Shown here: positions 33,277 to 45,008 of the stretch, piece by piece
Position numbering within the stretch: position 1 is the first letter of the stretch
Layout: each line of letters begins with the position of its first letter
Assembly (NCBI GenBank): GCA_918797485.1
Contig: CAKKNE010000004.1
Location: 4,402,001 to 4,466,000 of the forward strand
From: Pelagomonas calceolata
Lineage: Eukaryota
DNA length: 64,000 nt
Direction of reading: 5' to 3'
The notes under the pieces: model-generated
Told to the model about the DNA's origin: nothing
The model's input: the letters and a program-made list of their open reading frames with translations, nothing else
Database searches by the model: none
Position numbers and translations under genes: made by a program

Positions 33277-34920
33277 TCACGCCCGCTTCTCCGCGTCGGC
33301 GCACGCCTCGGTCGCGAGGACGTCGAAGACTTCCTCGGCGGCTTCGGGCGATAGAGCGTGGGGCGCGCCGACGAAGCCGCGGCAGCCCTCGTCGAAGCAT
33401 CTTTGCCGAAACACGGCCTGGTTCAAATCCACAACGAAAAATATGTTGTTCGACTTGTGGGGCCGGCCGATGCGCTCGCAGAAGCGGTTCTTCGCGAGGT
33501 GGTACGTGAGCGTGTGGGGCGTGCGCCGCCACGCCCGCACCGTCGCGCCGGGCCGCGCCGCGAGGATGCACGCGTCGACGCGCGGGAAGGGCGACGGCAG
33601 CGAGCCCTCTGCGAGCGCTTGTGGCCGCGGGGCCATTGGTGACGCCATCACTTCAGAGGGCGTCACGACATCATGCCGCGATTCATGCGAGCCCAACAAG
33701 CGCGACGGCGCCGCGACGGGGACGACGAGCGACGCCTCGGGCAATGCGTCCTCAGACGCCAGGCGCCCGTCACCCACGACAACAAGAGGGGCGCGCTTCG
33801 TCTTCTTGGAACTCCCGCACAGTCGGAAGCACCGGTTCCGCGAGTAGACCGACGCGTCCACGAAGGACTCTCCATTTATCACGAACGCGTCGTTCGTGGA
33901 CGCGAGGACGCGGCGCACGAAACTTCCTAACGCCGCCGCATCCACAAAGGCCGCGCCGTCGGGCAGGCAGAACGTCGCGTGGCGCGAGAATTTCGTTGAA
34001 GTCGACGCGTCGAGCTGCAGGACGTGGTCCTTGACGCTGATGGCGCAGAACGGCTCTGTAGCAGCACGCCGTGCCACGGCGGCGACGTGGTCGTAGACCG
34101 CCGCTTTGGCGGCGTCGGGCTCGTTCCTTGAAGCTTCCGACGCCGCCTCCGCCGCGCGCAGCGCCGTCTCCCTGGACACGCCGTCGAGTTCTACCCTAAG
34201 CTGCTCGTCGAGGTCCGGGCACGCATCATACAACCCGTGGCAGAGCGCGGCGTTGCGATGGGACTCGAATAACGCCGTCGGCGCGTAGAAGGCCTCCTCC
34301 AACGCCCCCGCGAAGACGGCGAGCCAGCGCCTCGTGAGGTCGTCTCCATTAATAGAAGCATCGTCCCTCGCAAACTCGAGGTCGAAATACGGCCGCACCG
34401 GCGCGCCCTCCCTTATTAACTCATAGAAGTGCCTTTTTTCAGACGTCATCGCCTCATAGACCTCGCGAAAGGCATTCAAATGAGCGTAGACGTAGCGCCG
34501 CTGGCCCTCGCCCCCGACCTCCTCGCTCCAGAGCCGGCCCGGATTCTGGACGTTGGGCACGCCGTAGAACTCGAGGTCCGATCTAGCGTCGAGGCGCCGT
34601 TCCAGAGCGTCCGCGGCGTCGTCATTTGTGAGCGGTCCTGGTGCATGACCATTCATCACATCTGCATGCTCCAATAACCAGGCCTGCTTCCGAAAGATAC
34701 GGTAGGCGCCCTTCGCTTGGCGCTTGCGAGTGTCCACCAAACGCGCCTCGTCGATCTTTTTGTATTCCGCGCCGAGGTTGCGGCCGTCGGACGTCTCGTA
34801 GAAGGACGCGGTCGAGACGGCTCTCCGCTTGGGCGTGCGCTGCGTTGTGGAGGTGCGCCAGTCGTCGCTGTCGGAATCATCGTCGTTGCGCCGCGACGCA
34901 TCCGTGACGCGTCTTGGCAT
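33277..34920 (-). CDS. PRIMPOL: DNA-directed primase/polymerase PrimPol
   Basis: HFYELIRE..PVRPYFDLEF, KFSRH, DASVYSRNRCFRL and UL52-type Zn finger FCERIGRPHKSN...QRCFDEGC. Confidence 0.92.
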   Translation of the reverse strand: MPRRVTDASRRNDDDSDSDDWRTSTTQRTPKRRAVSTASFYETSDGRNLGAEYKKIDEARLVDTRKRQAKGAYRIFRKQAWLLEHADVMNGHAPGPLTNDDAADALERRLDARSDLEFYGVPNVQNPGRLWSEEVGGEGQRRYVYAHLNAFREVYEAMTSEKRHFYELIREGAPVRPYFDLEFARDDASINGDDLTRRWLAVFAGALEEAFYAPTALFESHRNAALCHGLYDACPDLDEQLRVELDGVSRETALRAAEAASEASRNEPDAAKAAVYDHVAAVARRAATEPFCAISVKDHVLQLDASTSTKFSRHATFCLPDGAAFVDAAALGSFVRRVLASTNDAFVINGESFVDASVYSRNRCFRLCGSSKKTKRAPLVVVGDGRLASEDALPEASLVVPVAAPSRLLGSHESRHDVVTPSEVMASPMAPRPQALAEGSLPSPFPRVDACILAARPGATVRAWRRTPHTLTYHLAKNRFCERIGRPHKSNNIFFVVDLNQAVFRQRCFDEGCRGFVGAPHALSPEAAEEVFDVLATEACADAEKRA

Positions 34921-35160
34921 AGCGGAGCTTGCTTTTCAGGCTGCTATGCCCTAGACGTATGTGTTGTGGATTAATGACGCCTAGGTCGCGTCGACTGCGC
35001 GGGCGCACCGAGGTCTTTGCAGCTGTGAGTGTGTCCCGACCCGTAGAGGTGCCTTTTTCACGTCCGCAGCGCAAGCAGTAGTTGGTTGCCGGCTTTTTGC
35101 TGCCTTTCAATGGCCCGTAACTACAGCAATATGGCCTCGATGAGGGCTGCGCGAACGCGA

Positions 35161-35184
35161 CCTAGCGGGCTGTAAGACTCTAGC
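35161..35184 (-). promoter_or_regulatory. 24-bp intergenic CTAG-bipartite motif copy
   Basis: Reverse complement reads gctagagtcttacagcccgctagg. Confidence 0.55.
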
Positions 35185-35475
35185 AAGCAGTCTGCGGAAC
35201 AAACTTTGACGGCTCACTGTGTACGTATAACTGGTCTGCGCTACGAATTGACAAGTTAACAAGTGCCAACGTCATCCACGCTTAGACTTGCGGCGAAAAG
35301 AGCCAGCGCTTTAGTGTGCCGAACAGCCAAACAACAAGGGGCCCCAAATCAAATAGCAAGGAGTACCAGGGCGAAAAAAGCCGCACGCTTGAGTGTCAAG
35401 GACAGCTGAACACGCCCCCTCACCAGGAAGGTGTTATAGTTTAAATTCAAGGAGCTACGACGAGGAGAAACAACA

Positions 35476-37305
35476 ATGCGCGCCAAAGTCATCTTCGCGT
35501 GCTGTTCCATCGCCACAGCCATGGTGCTGGAACGAGCGCGGCCGGTCGCGAGGCCGCGGCCGGCGCCACCGAAGCCGCCGGCCCTCCCGCCCTCGCTCGC
35601 GCCGCCGGAGACGGGCAGCTTGGACGACGCCGGCCCGCTCTACCTCTCGCTCTCGTCCCTCTTCTCGCAGATCGGCGCACGGCTGCGCCAGACCGAAGCG
35701 CCGTACGACGCGGCCACGATCAAAGACGTCCTGGCGCTGCTCGGCCGCGCCGAGCTCAACCCTGTCGAGTGGGAGCAGTTCTCGGAGCAGCGGAGCGACC
35801 GCTACACGCGCAACGTCGTGGCCGTCGACGAGCGCTTCGTGGCGCTGTGCCTGACTTGGGACGCGGGCCAGGCTTCCAAAATCCACGACCACGCTGGATC
35901 ATCGTGCTTTGTCAAGCTGTTATCTGGCGACCTCGAGGAGCAGAAGTACGCCGCGCGCTACGCGGACGGCACCTGGCGCGAGCTCGGTGGGCCCGAGGCC
36001 GTCGCGACTGGCCAAGCGACGTACATGGACGACTCGCGTGGCCTGCACCGCATCTCAAATCCAAATACGGAGACGCCGGCCGTCTCCCTACACATCTACG
36101 CCCCCGGATTTGAGGAATGTGGTATTTACGGCGACGACGGTGACGTGACTACCGGCAGCATGGTGTCGGCGATGGGCGTGGCGTCAGATGAAGCGACCCT
36201 CGATCAGGGAAAATTATCGCTTGCCACCCTCGGCGACGAGCTCGCCGGCGGCGCCGCGGACGTCGACGCGCTGCTCGCACGCCTCGAGCTGACGCCCGCG
36301 GAACAGCGCGAGTACTGCTCTGGCGCGTGCTTCTCGGAGTTCGGCTATGCGAGACATCTCGCTCATATCTCGGCGGACTACTCGGTTGTTGTCTGTTGCT
36401 GGCTCGCGGGCCAGGCCTCGGACCGCCACGTGCACGGTGAAGATCAGCGTTCTTGGACGAAAGTGTTGCATGGCCGGCTCGAATACGCGTTTCCAGATGC
36501 TGGGGAGGAAGGTCATGCCGCGCACGTTGTCCTCGAGCCAGGCCGGGTCTTCGGCGAAGAGCACTGGATGAAAACAGAATCAAGAATCGCGCGCAACCCG
36601 TCGAGCGACTCGGTCTGCGTCTCGCTCCACGTCCGGAGCCCGCCACTCACGACCCAAGGCTTCGACCGAATCGGTGCGCGCGATGCGGTCCGGCACGCGG
36701 CGGCGGCGCCCGACGCGCTCGCCGCGGCGCGCGTGCGAGGCAACAACCTGTACACGAGTGTCGGAGGCCTCACGAATCTACTGGACGAGGCGTTCGCGGC
36801 CGGCGGTGATGTCGCTGACGTGACGAACGTTCTGGCCAACGCTCGCCTCAACGAGCGCGAGTGGCGCAATTACGCGCGCTGGAACAAGGACACGTTTTCA
36901 CGGGTATTGGTTGCCGACCGCGAGGACTACAACATGTTTCTAGTAGCGTGGGAGCGCGGCAACTTCTCGCCCGTGCACGACCACGCCGGCAGCGCGTCCT
37001 GGACGAAGGTGCTCGAGGGCGAACTCGACGAGGCCGTCTACGGCGTGGCGCCGTCGGGAGAGCTGCGGCTCGAGCGCTCCGGGCCCATGTCGGCGGGAGT
37101 CACGTATGCCCACGAGGGCTTCATTCACGGCTGCGTCGCGTCGACGCGGTGTTTCACGCTGCAGGTGTACTCTCCACCCTACAAGAGCGCCAACGCCTAC
37201 GACGCCGACGGCGCCACAACAAAGATCCCGACGCACGTGCGCGGCGATCGCGTCGACGGCGACAAATTCACGGAGCCCGCGTCTCCCGTGCTCCACGACC
37301 ACTGA
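35476..37305 (+). CDS. Signal-peptide protein with three tandem cysteine dioxygenase (CDO_I) domains
   Basis: Domain 1 YTRN...IHDHAGSSC...GLHRI...SLHIY; domain 2 YARH...RHVH...SLHVR; domain 3 FSRV...VHDHAGSAS...FIHG...TLQVY. Confidence 0.85.
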   Translation: MRAKVIFACCSIATAMVLERARPVARPRPAPPKPPALPPSLAPPETGSLDDAGPLYLSLSSLFSQIGARLRQTEAPYDAATIKDVLALLGRAELNPVEWEQFSEQRSDRYTRNVVAVDERFVALCLTWDAGQASKIHDHAGSSCFVKLLSGDLEEQKYAARYADGTWRELGGPEAVATGQATYMDDSRGLHRISNPNTETPAVSLHIYAPGFEECGIYGDDGDVTTGSMVSAMGVASDEATLDQGKLSLATLGDELAGGAADVDALLARLELTPAEQREYCSGACFSEFGYARHLAHISADYSVVVCCWLAGQASDRHVHGEDQRSWTKVLHGRLEYAFPDAGEEGHAAHVVLEPGRVFGEEHWMKTESRIARNPSSDSVCVSLHVRSPPLTTQGFDRIGARDAVRHAAAAPDALAAARVRGNNLYTSVGGLTNLLDEAFAAGGDVADVTNVLANARLNEREWRNYARWNKDTFSRVLVADREDYNMFLVAWERGNFSPVHDHAGSASWTKVLEGELDEAVYGVAPSGELRLERSGPMSAGVTYAHEGFIHGCVASTRCFTLQVYSPPYKSANAYDADGATTKIPTHVRGDRVDGDKFTEPASPVLHDH

Positions 37306-37349
37306 CTCCTGTTCTTATGTATGTAGTTCCCCTGAAGTAATTACCCTAC

Positions 37350-38765
<1,416 letters not shown>

Positions 38766-38813
38766 CTATTGCCACTTCAGTCAGCCTTTAGAACGACCAC
38801 TGTCGGCGCTACC

Positions 38814-39776
38814 ATGCGCCAATACCAATGCCTGTTAGCAATAATCGCTGCCAGCAGCGCTCTCCCGCAGCTCCCGAGCGGCAGCAAGCAGAGCACTCTC
38901 CTGCAGCTCCCACGAGGCGGACAGAGCGCTATCTCACTACGCGGCGGAAACACAGCGCGCTGGCCCATCACCTCAAATGATGCCTGGTCCAAGCAGCGGG
39001 CCGCCGGACGCGAAATCGGGCGCCCGAAGAAGCCGACGCTGCGGCAGCAGTCCTACGAGGACGTCGTCGACGCGAAGCCGCTCGACGAACTATTAGATAG
39101 AGATAGCCGCGTCGTTTTTGTGAGACGCGTGTATGGTTTACTGACGGCGAACCTCGCCCTGACGGCCATAAGCTGCCTCTACTGCTCGACGCACCACAAT
39201 TTAATAAGGAATATACTGTTAGGCCCGAGCGGCCCGCTGCTCATGGGGTTATGCGTCGCCACGGGCCTCGGCGCTTCTTTAGCTGTCTCCTTCTCGACGA
39301 AATTGCGGAGCTCCATACCGCTCTTCACGCTCTTCGCGTGCGCCGAGAGTGTCTTGGTGGGCGTCGCCGCCTCGGCCTTCAAGGCAAGAAGTGTGTTATT
39401 AGCCCTCGCGCAGACGGGCACGGCGACGGCAGCATTAACAGCGTGGACACTCCAACCCAACCAGAAGTACGACCTGACGCAGTTCGGGAGCATGCTGTTC
39501 GCGGGGCTCATGGTCCTATTAGTAAGTGCGGTCATGGGTACAATGATGCACGTCCCGCAAAACAGTCTTGTTGGAAGTACGGTCGGCGCGTTACTGTTTT
39601 CGGCCTTCATCGTCCACGACACGCAACTTATCGTCGGCGGGAAGAAGCGCCAGTTCGACACAAATGATTATGTCCTGGGCGCGATGTCGTTGTACATGGA
39701 CATCGTGAACCTCTTCCTCTATTTATTGCGGTTGTTTGGGGAGCTGCAGGACGACCGGGCGCTCGTACCGAGGTGA
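38814..39776 (+). CDS. Bax inhibitor-1/TMBIM (lifeguard) family membrane protein
   Basis: RVVFVRRVYGLL, FIVHDTQLIVGG and DYVLGAMSLYMDIVNLFLYLL; N-terminal signal extension. Confidence 0.92.
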   Translation: MRQYQCLLAIIAASSALPQLPSGSKQSTLLQLPRGGQSAISLRGGNTARWPITSNDAWSKQRAAGREIGRPKKPTLRQQSYEDVVDAKPLDELLDRDSRVVFVRRVYGLLTANLALTAISCLYCSTHHNLIRNILLGPSGPLLMGLCVATGLGASLAVSFSTKLRSSIPLFTLFACAESVLVGVAASAFKARSVLLALAQTGTATAALTAWTLQPNQKYDLTQFGSMLFAGLMVLLVSAVMGTMMHVPQNSLVGSTVGALLFSAFIVHDTQLIVGGKKRQFDTNDYVLGAMSLYMDIVNLFLYLLRLFGELQDDRALVPR

Positions 39777-39786
39777 GTAAATGTAC

Positions 39787-42700
39787 TTATGTGGTAAACT
39801 CTGGGCAGCAGTACCGGTCGTCGAAGCAGGTCTGCTCCGTCTGCCCGTCGAAGTAGGGGCACGCAGTACAAGCTTCGACGAGCCCCAGCGAGAACGTGCC
39901 CACGGGGCACGGCGCCGGCTCGGCGCTGCCCTCGGGGCAGTACGCGCCCGGCGGGCAGGCGTTGTCGCACCGGACTTGCCCCGACAAGGGCTGGTAGCGG
40001 CCCGCGGGGCAGTCGGTGATAACGCCGTTGGCGCAGGACGTCCCCGGCGGGCAGGGCTCCTGGCCCGTCCGCGTCGTGTTCGTGCCGCCGACGGCGTAGT
40101 AGCCCGGCGACACGAGCGTCGGCCGCTTCTCGCGGCCCGTCGGCGGGCAGTACACGTCGATGCCCCCGCACTGCTCCGGGCAATCGGACAGTAGGGGACC
40201 GCCCTGGGGCTGCGGCGCGTAGCAGCCCGGCGCGACCGCGCCGTCACACTCTGCTGAAGTCTGCATGTAGCGCCAGCCGTACCTAAAGGGAGGACACGCG
40301 TACTTGATGCCCTTCTGACAGTAGTAGCCCGGCTCGCAGGGCAAAAACGCGTCCATGTGTGCTCCATGAGGATCGTGATATGCTCTTTCATCCGCGTCGG
40401 CGCCCGTGTGGATCGAGTAGTAGCCGTCGGGGACTTCAATAGGTTCGTAACTTCCGGTGGGGCAGACGACGGCCGGGTGGCCGCAGGGTTTTTGGCGCGG
40501 TGATGTTGATTCCAGGGGACACAAGTAGCCGCGCTCGCACGGGCCCTCGCAGTCTGGATTGGTGTAGTTCGCGTGCGTCTGACTGCCGTACCGTCCGGCC
40601 GCGCAGGGGTATCTGACGGCATCAACACAATAGCTCCCCGCCGGACACGGCGCCTGGCGCGTGTAGACGTCCGCCGGCACGCCGTGCTCAACCTCCACAG
40701 CGTACGAGCCGCGGCCGAAGGGCCGCGGCACGGCCGACCCCGCGGGGCAGTACCTATCCGGGCCGCACCGCACTTGCGTGCTTGATATGGACGCCTCGGG
40801 GCAGTAGAAACCTGGGGAACATTCACCGGCACACTCAGAACGGGTCTCTCTCCTAGAATCTCCATACCTACCAGGAGCACAAGGCCTCCGCACGCCGCCG
40901 CGACACCAGTAGCCCGGCTCGCAGGCCGTCTGCGATCGTTTTGTAAATTGCGTCCCGTTGAAGAGTTTCGCGAACTTCGCGAGCACTTCGTCGACCCTCG
41001 AGTGATTGACGGCCGAACAGACGGCTTTATTTGATGAACGAGTGTAGTTGAACACTAACACTTCATCATCCTCTAAAGTGCGGCCGCCCGGCTCCCGTAA
41101 GCACGTACACGCGACGCGATCGTCCTCGTCAGCCATGGTCATGTTGTCGCACGGTCGGCATAGCGAGAGAGAATCACCGTTCACTTGCTTGAACGTGCCG
41201 GAGGGGCAGAGCTGGCATTCCGGATATGACGCCCTACTCACACCGTCGTGTTTTGAGGGAGTTTTCAAAGTGTAGTCTTTTGTCTCGGTGGCGTTGCGCC
41301 ACCGGCCCGGCGGGCACGGGTCCGAGAACGCGCCGTCGTCCGAGGGATTGAGGGCTATCGTCGTGTAGTAGCCTTCCGAGATGCGCATGGGGTTCATCAA
41401 ACCTCTCCGAGGACATATATATTCTGGCCCGCCACAAGCGCGCATCGTCGGTCGTGTACTTCCAGCGTCGCAGTAGTAGCCCGCCTTGCAATAGCCGTCG
41501 CACTGCGGATCTATAGATCCTTTGCGCGCGCCGTAGCGCCCCGCCGGGCAGGCGAAGAGTCTCGCGTCCTCCGCGTACGTGCCCGGAGGCGCTATCCTCA
41601 CGCCTGTTCTCTTCGTACCGTCGTCACCTCCAACAGAATAGTAGCCCGGCTGGACGGGCAGGGGCTTGTTCATGCCATAGTCGGGGCAATATAGAGTATG
41701 CGCGCCGCAGGGCACGGCGTCGCCCCTAACAGCTCCGTCCGAGGGAATGTAGTAGCCAGGTGTCGAATTCTTGCACTGCGACGGTGAACTAAAACCGTAC
41801 TCGTCGCCATAACTTCCTCGCGTACACAGGAACCGCCTCGAGTTCGAACACCAGCCCCCGGGCTCGCACCGGATCTCGTGAGTCCTTGTAGCATCGTCTA
41901 CTCCACCGACCGTGTACCAGCCTTCAGCTCGGGCCAATTGCGGCTGCGACGAGCCCAAAGGGCAGATCTTGGTGACGTCGCCGCACTCAAACCCATAAGG
42001 CTGCGTCCTTCTTTGATCAGGACAGTACCTCCCAGCAGCACAAGGGCCGTCGCATTCCGCGTCGTCGGAGGCCTCTTTCTTACCAAAGCGCCCCGCGGGG
42101 CAGTCATACACCAAACCCTCGCGACAGTACGTCCCCGGCGGGCATGGCCTTTCATCGTACGAGTAGTTCCGCGTTTGTGATGAACCGCGGCCGCTCACCG
42201 TGTGGGCTTCCAAACCGATTCTTGGGACATAAGTCTCCGTGCCCATCAAATTCTTGGTGAAGACGCCGTAGTAGCCTCTTCGTATTCGTTTGGGCGTCGC
42301 GGTGCCCGCGGGACAAAATAGATCAGACGCGCCGCAGCTCTTTTGGGTGTTTGTGGTGTGGCCCTCGTGCGGGCACCGGTAGCCGGGGTAGCAGTCGAAG
42401 CACGCTGATTCATTTAGAGCTTGCACGCCGGACGTGTTCCCGAACTTTCCAGGTGGACAGTAGTATTGTACGCCTTTGTCGGCCCAGCCGCCCTCGACGC
42501 CCAGAATTTCTTTCGAGAAGCCCGCGCGCGCGCCCTCTCCTCTATTGACGGCGACGTGGCCGCTTCTGACAGGAGTGGGTGAGACCGAACCTTCCGGACA
42601 GATGTACGAGGGGCCGCCACACGTCTTCTCCTGGGCCGACGTGCTCCCGGCGGGGCAGTAGTAGCCCTTTGAACAGTTACCGGAGCACGTCGATGAGGAG

Positions 42701-43149
42701 AGGCCCGTCTGGGAACCGTACGTGCCCGGTTCACACTCCTTGCGTATTCCCTGGATACAATAACTCCCGCGCGGGCAGCGGTGCTCCTGTGTTCTTCTAT
42801 CGTCGGCGTAGAAGCCCATCTGTACGAGTGTGGGCGCCTCGGCGCCGCGGGGGCAAAACGTGCCGGCTGGGCACGGCGTTTCAGTAGAGGAGCCGGCGGG
42901 GCAGTAGGCGCCCGCCTTACACGTAGCCGTGCATTTTGATGACGTCTCCTTCTCCGATGAGCCGTAGGTGCCGGCGGGGCACGCGTGCCGCGCGCCGTCG
43001 ACGCAGTAATGGCCAACCGGGCAGGGCGCCCAGCCCGCACAAGCGCTCCCCCAGGCGCTCTCGTTCGTCGTGGCGTAGCTGCCCTCGGCACACGTGTCCG
43101 CCCGCGCGCCGCCGAGGAGTACTGTGAGGGCTGCTAGACTCCTCATCAT
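39787..43149 (-). CDS. Secreted Cys-rich repeat protein (GCC2/GCC3, ephrin-receptor-like repeats)
   Basis: Signal peptide MMRSLAALTVLLGGARA; many CPAGxYG...CxGxCxxGYYCPxGS repeats; no TM seen. Confidence 0.85.
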   Translation of the reverse strand: MMRSLAALTVLLGGARADTCAEGSYATTNESAWGSACAGWAPCPVGHYCVDGARHACPAGTYGSSEKETSSKCTATCKAGAYCPAGSSTETPCPAGTFCPRGAEAPTLVQMGFYADDRRTQEHRCPRGSYCIQGIRKECEPGTYGSQTGLSSSTCSGNCSKGYYCPAGSTSAQEKTCGGPSYICPEGSVSPTPVRSGHVAVNRGEGARAGFSKEILGVEGGWADKGVQYYCPPGKFGNTSGVQALNESACFDCYPGYRCPHEGHTTNTQKSCGASDLFCPAGTATPKRIRRGYYGVFTKNLMGTETYVPRIGLEAHTVSGRGSSQTRNYSYDERPCPPGTYCREGLVYDCPAGRFGKKEASDDAECDGPCAAGRYCPDQRRTQPYGFECGDVTKICPLGSSQPQLARAEGWYTVGGVDDATRTHEIRCEPGGWCSNSRRFLCTRGSYGDEYGFSSPSQCKNSTPGYYIPSDGAVRGDAVPCGAHTLYCPDYGMNKPLPVQPGYYSVGGDDGTKRTGVRIAPPGTYAEDARLFACPAGRYGARKGSIDPQCDGYCKAGYYCDAGSTRPTMRACGGPEYICPRRGLMNPMRISEGYYTTIALNPSDDGAFSDPCPPGRWRNATETKDYTLKTPSKHDGVSRASYPECQLCPSGTFKQVNGDSLSLCRPCDNMTMADEDDRVACTCLREPGGRTLEDDEVLVFNYTRSSNKAVCSAVNHSRVDEVLAKFAKLFNGTQFTKRSQTACEPGYWCRGGVRRPCAPGRYGDSRRETRSECAGECSPGFYCPEASISSTQVRCGPDRYCPAGSAVPRPFGRGSYAVEVEHGVPADVYTRQAPCPAGSYCVDAVRYPCAAGRYGSQTHANYTNPDCEGPCERGYLCPLESTSPRQKPCGHPAVVCPTGSYEPIEVPDGYYSIHTGADADERAYHDPHGAHMDAFLPCEPGYYCQKGIKYACPPFRYGWRYMQTSAECDGAVAPGCYAPQPQGGPLLSDCPEQCGGIDVYCPPTGREKRPTLVSPGYYAVGGTNTTRTGQEPCPPGTSCANGVITDCPAGRYQPLSGQVRCDNACPPGAYCPEGSAEPAPCPVGTFSLGLVEACTACPYFDGQTEQTCFDDRYCCPEFTT

Positions 43150-43561
43150 GCTGGGTGGAGGGGCAGCCGCTGGTCCTCTACCAGCGCGTCCGGACACGTC
43201 CAAACGCGTCCGAACGGCCCCGACCAAGGACCCGGCGTCCACTGGCGCGCCACAACCGGTGGCTTTGGCTCCCAGCGCCGGCTCTATTGAGAGCTAGTGT
43301 GTGCACGACGCTAGGTCCTCTTCCGAACTGTGGCGAGTGAAACGAAGACTCCAGGCGCCGTGGCGAAGGATCAAAGTCGGTGCGGAAGCACAATGTTTAG
43401 GAATTTTGAAGGCAGCAGAGCTTGGTGGCTGGAGCGGAAGGCGCGGCAAGAACTCGGCTAGCTCGCTGCCGGTGGTCCATCGTGAGGCCTGCAGCCGTCC
43501 GCGTTGGGTTCACCATCCGTCGCGACCGCTACGACTTAATTGGGGCTGCCCTCTCACACCC

Positions 43562-44518
43562 ATGGCGGACAGGGCGGCGGAGCTCCACGGCGGCTGGCTC
43601 TGGACGCGCGGCGGCGGCGCGTCGCCCCGCGGCGAGACCTGGCGGCGGCGCTGGTTCACGCTCGTGAACGAAGGGCGCCGCGCCGTCCTCGAGTTTAGAG
43701 CAGCGCAGACCTCCCCGAAGCCGCTCGCGCGGCTCGCCCTGACGCCGTCGAGCGAATGTATCAGACTCGTCGGCGCCGACGCGCGCCGCGCGGCCAATGG
43801 AAGGAACTGCCCCGCGGGCGTCGTGCTCCGGTTTAGCGTCGGCGGCGTGACGCGGCTCGCGCGGGCGTCGTCCGAGAGCGCGGCGGAGGGCTGGATCGCG
43901 GCTGTTGGTGAAGCGGCGGCGGAGGTCGTGGCGTCTCCATCAACAACACGGCGCGCGTCGGACGTCGACGGGGAACTGGCGCGGCTCTCGGCGCGGCGGC
44001 GCGAGATGGAGCGCGTCGACGCGGCGCTGCGGGCCAAGTCGGACCGGCTGGACCGGCGCGTGCGGGCGCTGCGCGACGTGGTGTCGCCGGCTTCGTCGCC
44101 GCGGAAGGCGTCGCTGCCCGAGCCGCCCGGCTACGTCGTCGCCACGCCGGCCCAGCCACCGGCGCCGCCTGAAGACGGCGAGGCAGAGCGCGCCGCCGAC
44201 GTCGCGGCGGCGGCGGCCCTCTGCGCGCGCACCGAGGCGGCGGCGCGCGACGTCGCCGCGCGCGCCGCGCAGCTCGCCGACGCCGAGCGGGCCCTCTCCG
44301 CGCGGCTGGACGCTGTTGCGTCTGCCGACGTGCCTGACGAGGGTGGTGGTGACGATGATGCGCCGTTCACCGCGTCGACGCTGCTGGAGGCGCTCGAGGT
44401 CCTGGCCGCGCGGCGTGGCGAACTGGTGTCGCGTGCGCGCGGCGAGCGGCGGGCGCCCTCGCGCGTGGAGAGGGCTTGGTTGGAGACGCTTAGGGCGGAG
44501 GTGGCTTTGTTGGAGTAA
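43562..44518 (+). CDS. PH-domain coiled-coil protein
   Basis: LHGGWLW.RGG...WRRRWFTL...LARASSESAAEGWIAAV. Confidence 0.75.
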   Translation: MADRAAELHGGWLWTRGGGASPRGETWRRRWFTLVNEGRRAVLEFRAAQTSPKPLARLALTPSSECIRLVGADARRAANGRNCPAGVVLRFSVGGVTRLARASSESAAEGWIAAVGEAAAEVVASPSTTRRASDVDGELARLSARRREMERVDAALRAKSDRLDRRVRALRDVVSPASSPRKASLPEPPGYVVATPAQPPAPPEDGEAERAADVAAAAALCARTEAAARDVAARAAQLADAERALSARLDAVASADVPDEGGGDDDAPFTASTLLEALEVLAARRGELVSRARGERRAPSRVERAWLETLRAEVALLE

Positions 44519-45008
44519 AGTGAGTTAGACTGTTACCGCGGCCGCAGAGCCATGGACCACATAGCTCAGTGTAGGTGCTTCAGGAGTCGATACATGATGC
44601 CCAACTCTCTATTGTCACCTGTTTTGACCGTGCGCGTGAACCCTGTACCCGGCACTTGCTTTGGTCTCAAAATGTGCGGTGCTTGCTGCGAATTGCTTTC
44701 GTGTTCAGTTTTTTACAGGAATAACCATTGCTCCTATAACGCTACGTACTGCACCGGCACTATGATAACTACCGGTCTGCTGATTTCTCTCGCAATCGGT
44801 ACACCACTGCGTCCAAACGCTGCACATGCGCACTTCGCGTGCAACTGTTTGCTCTCGTCACCTGCGCTATCATCGATGCCAAAGGATCGCGCGCGCGACG
44901 CGACGCAGTACCGCGGTACCCCTGGCGGACACACACTCCCCGTAATCACATATTCGGTGAGCTCGATACGCCTCGCCTCTCGTTCGCGGCGCGCGGCAAC
45001 CTCACAGA

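Noticed and set aside
26988..37305. Sulfur-metabolism gene cluster (cupin-TPP enzyme plus triple CDO)
   Set aside because: The genes are separated by unrelated housekeeping genes, and the TPP enzyme's substrate cannot be assigned from sequence
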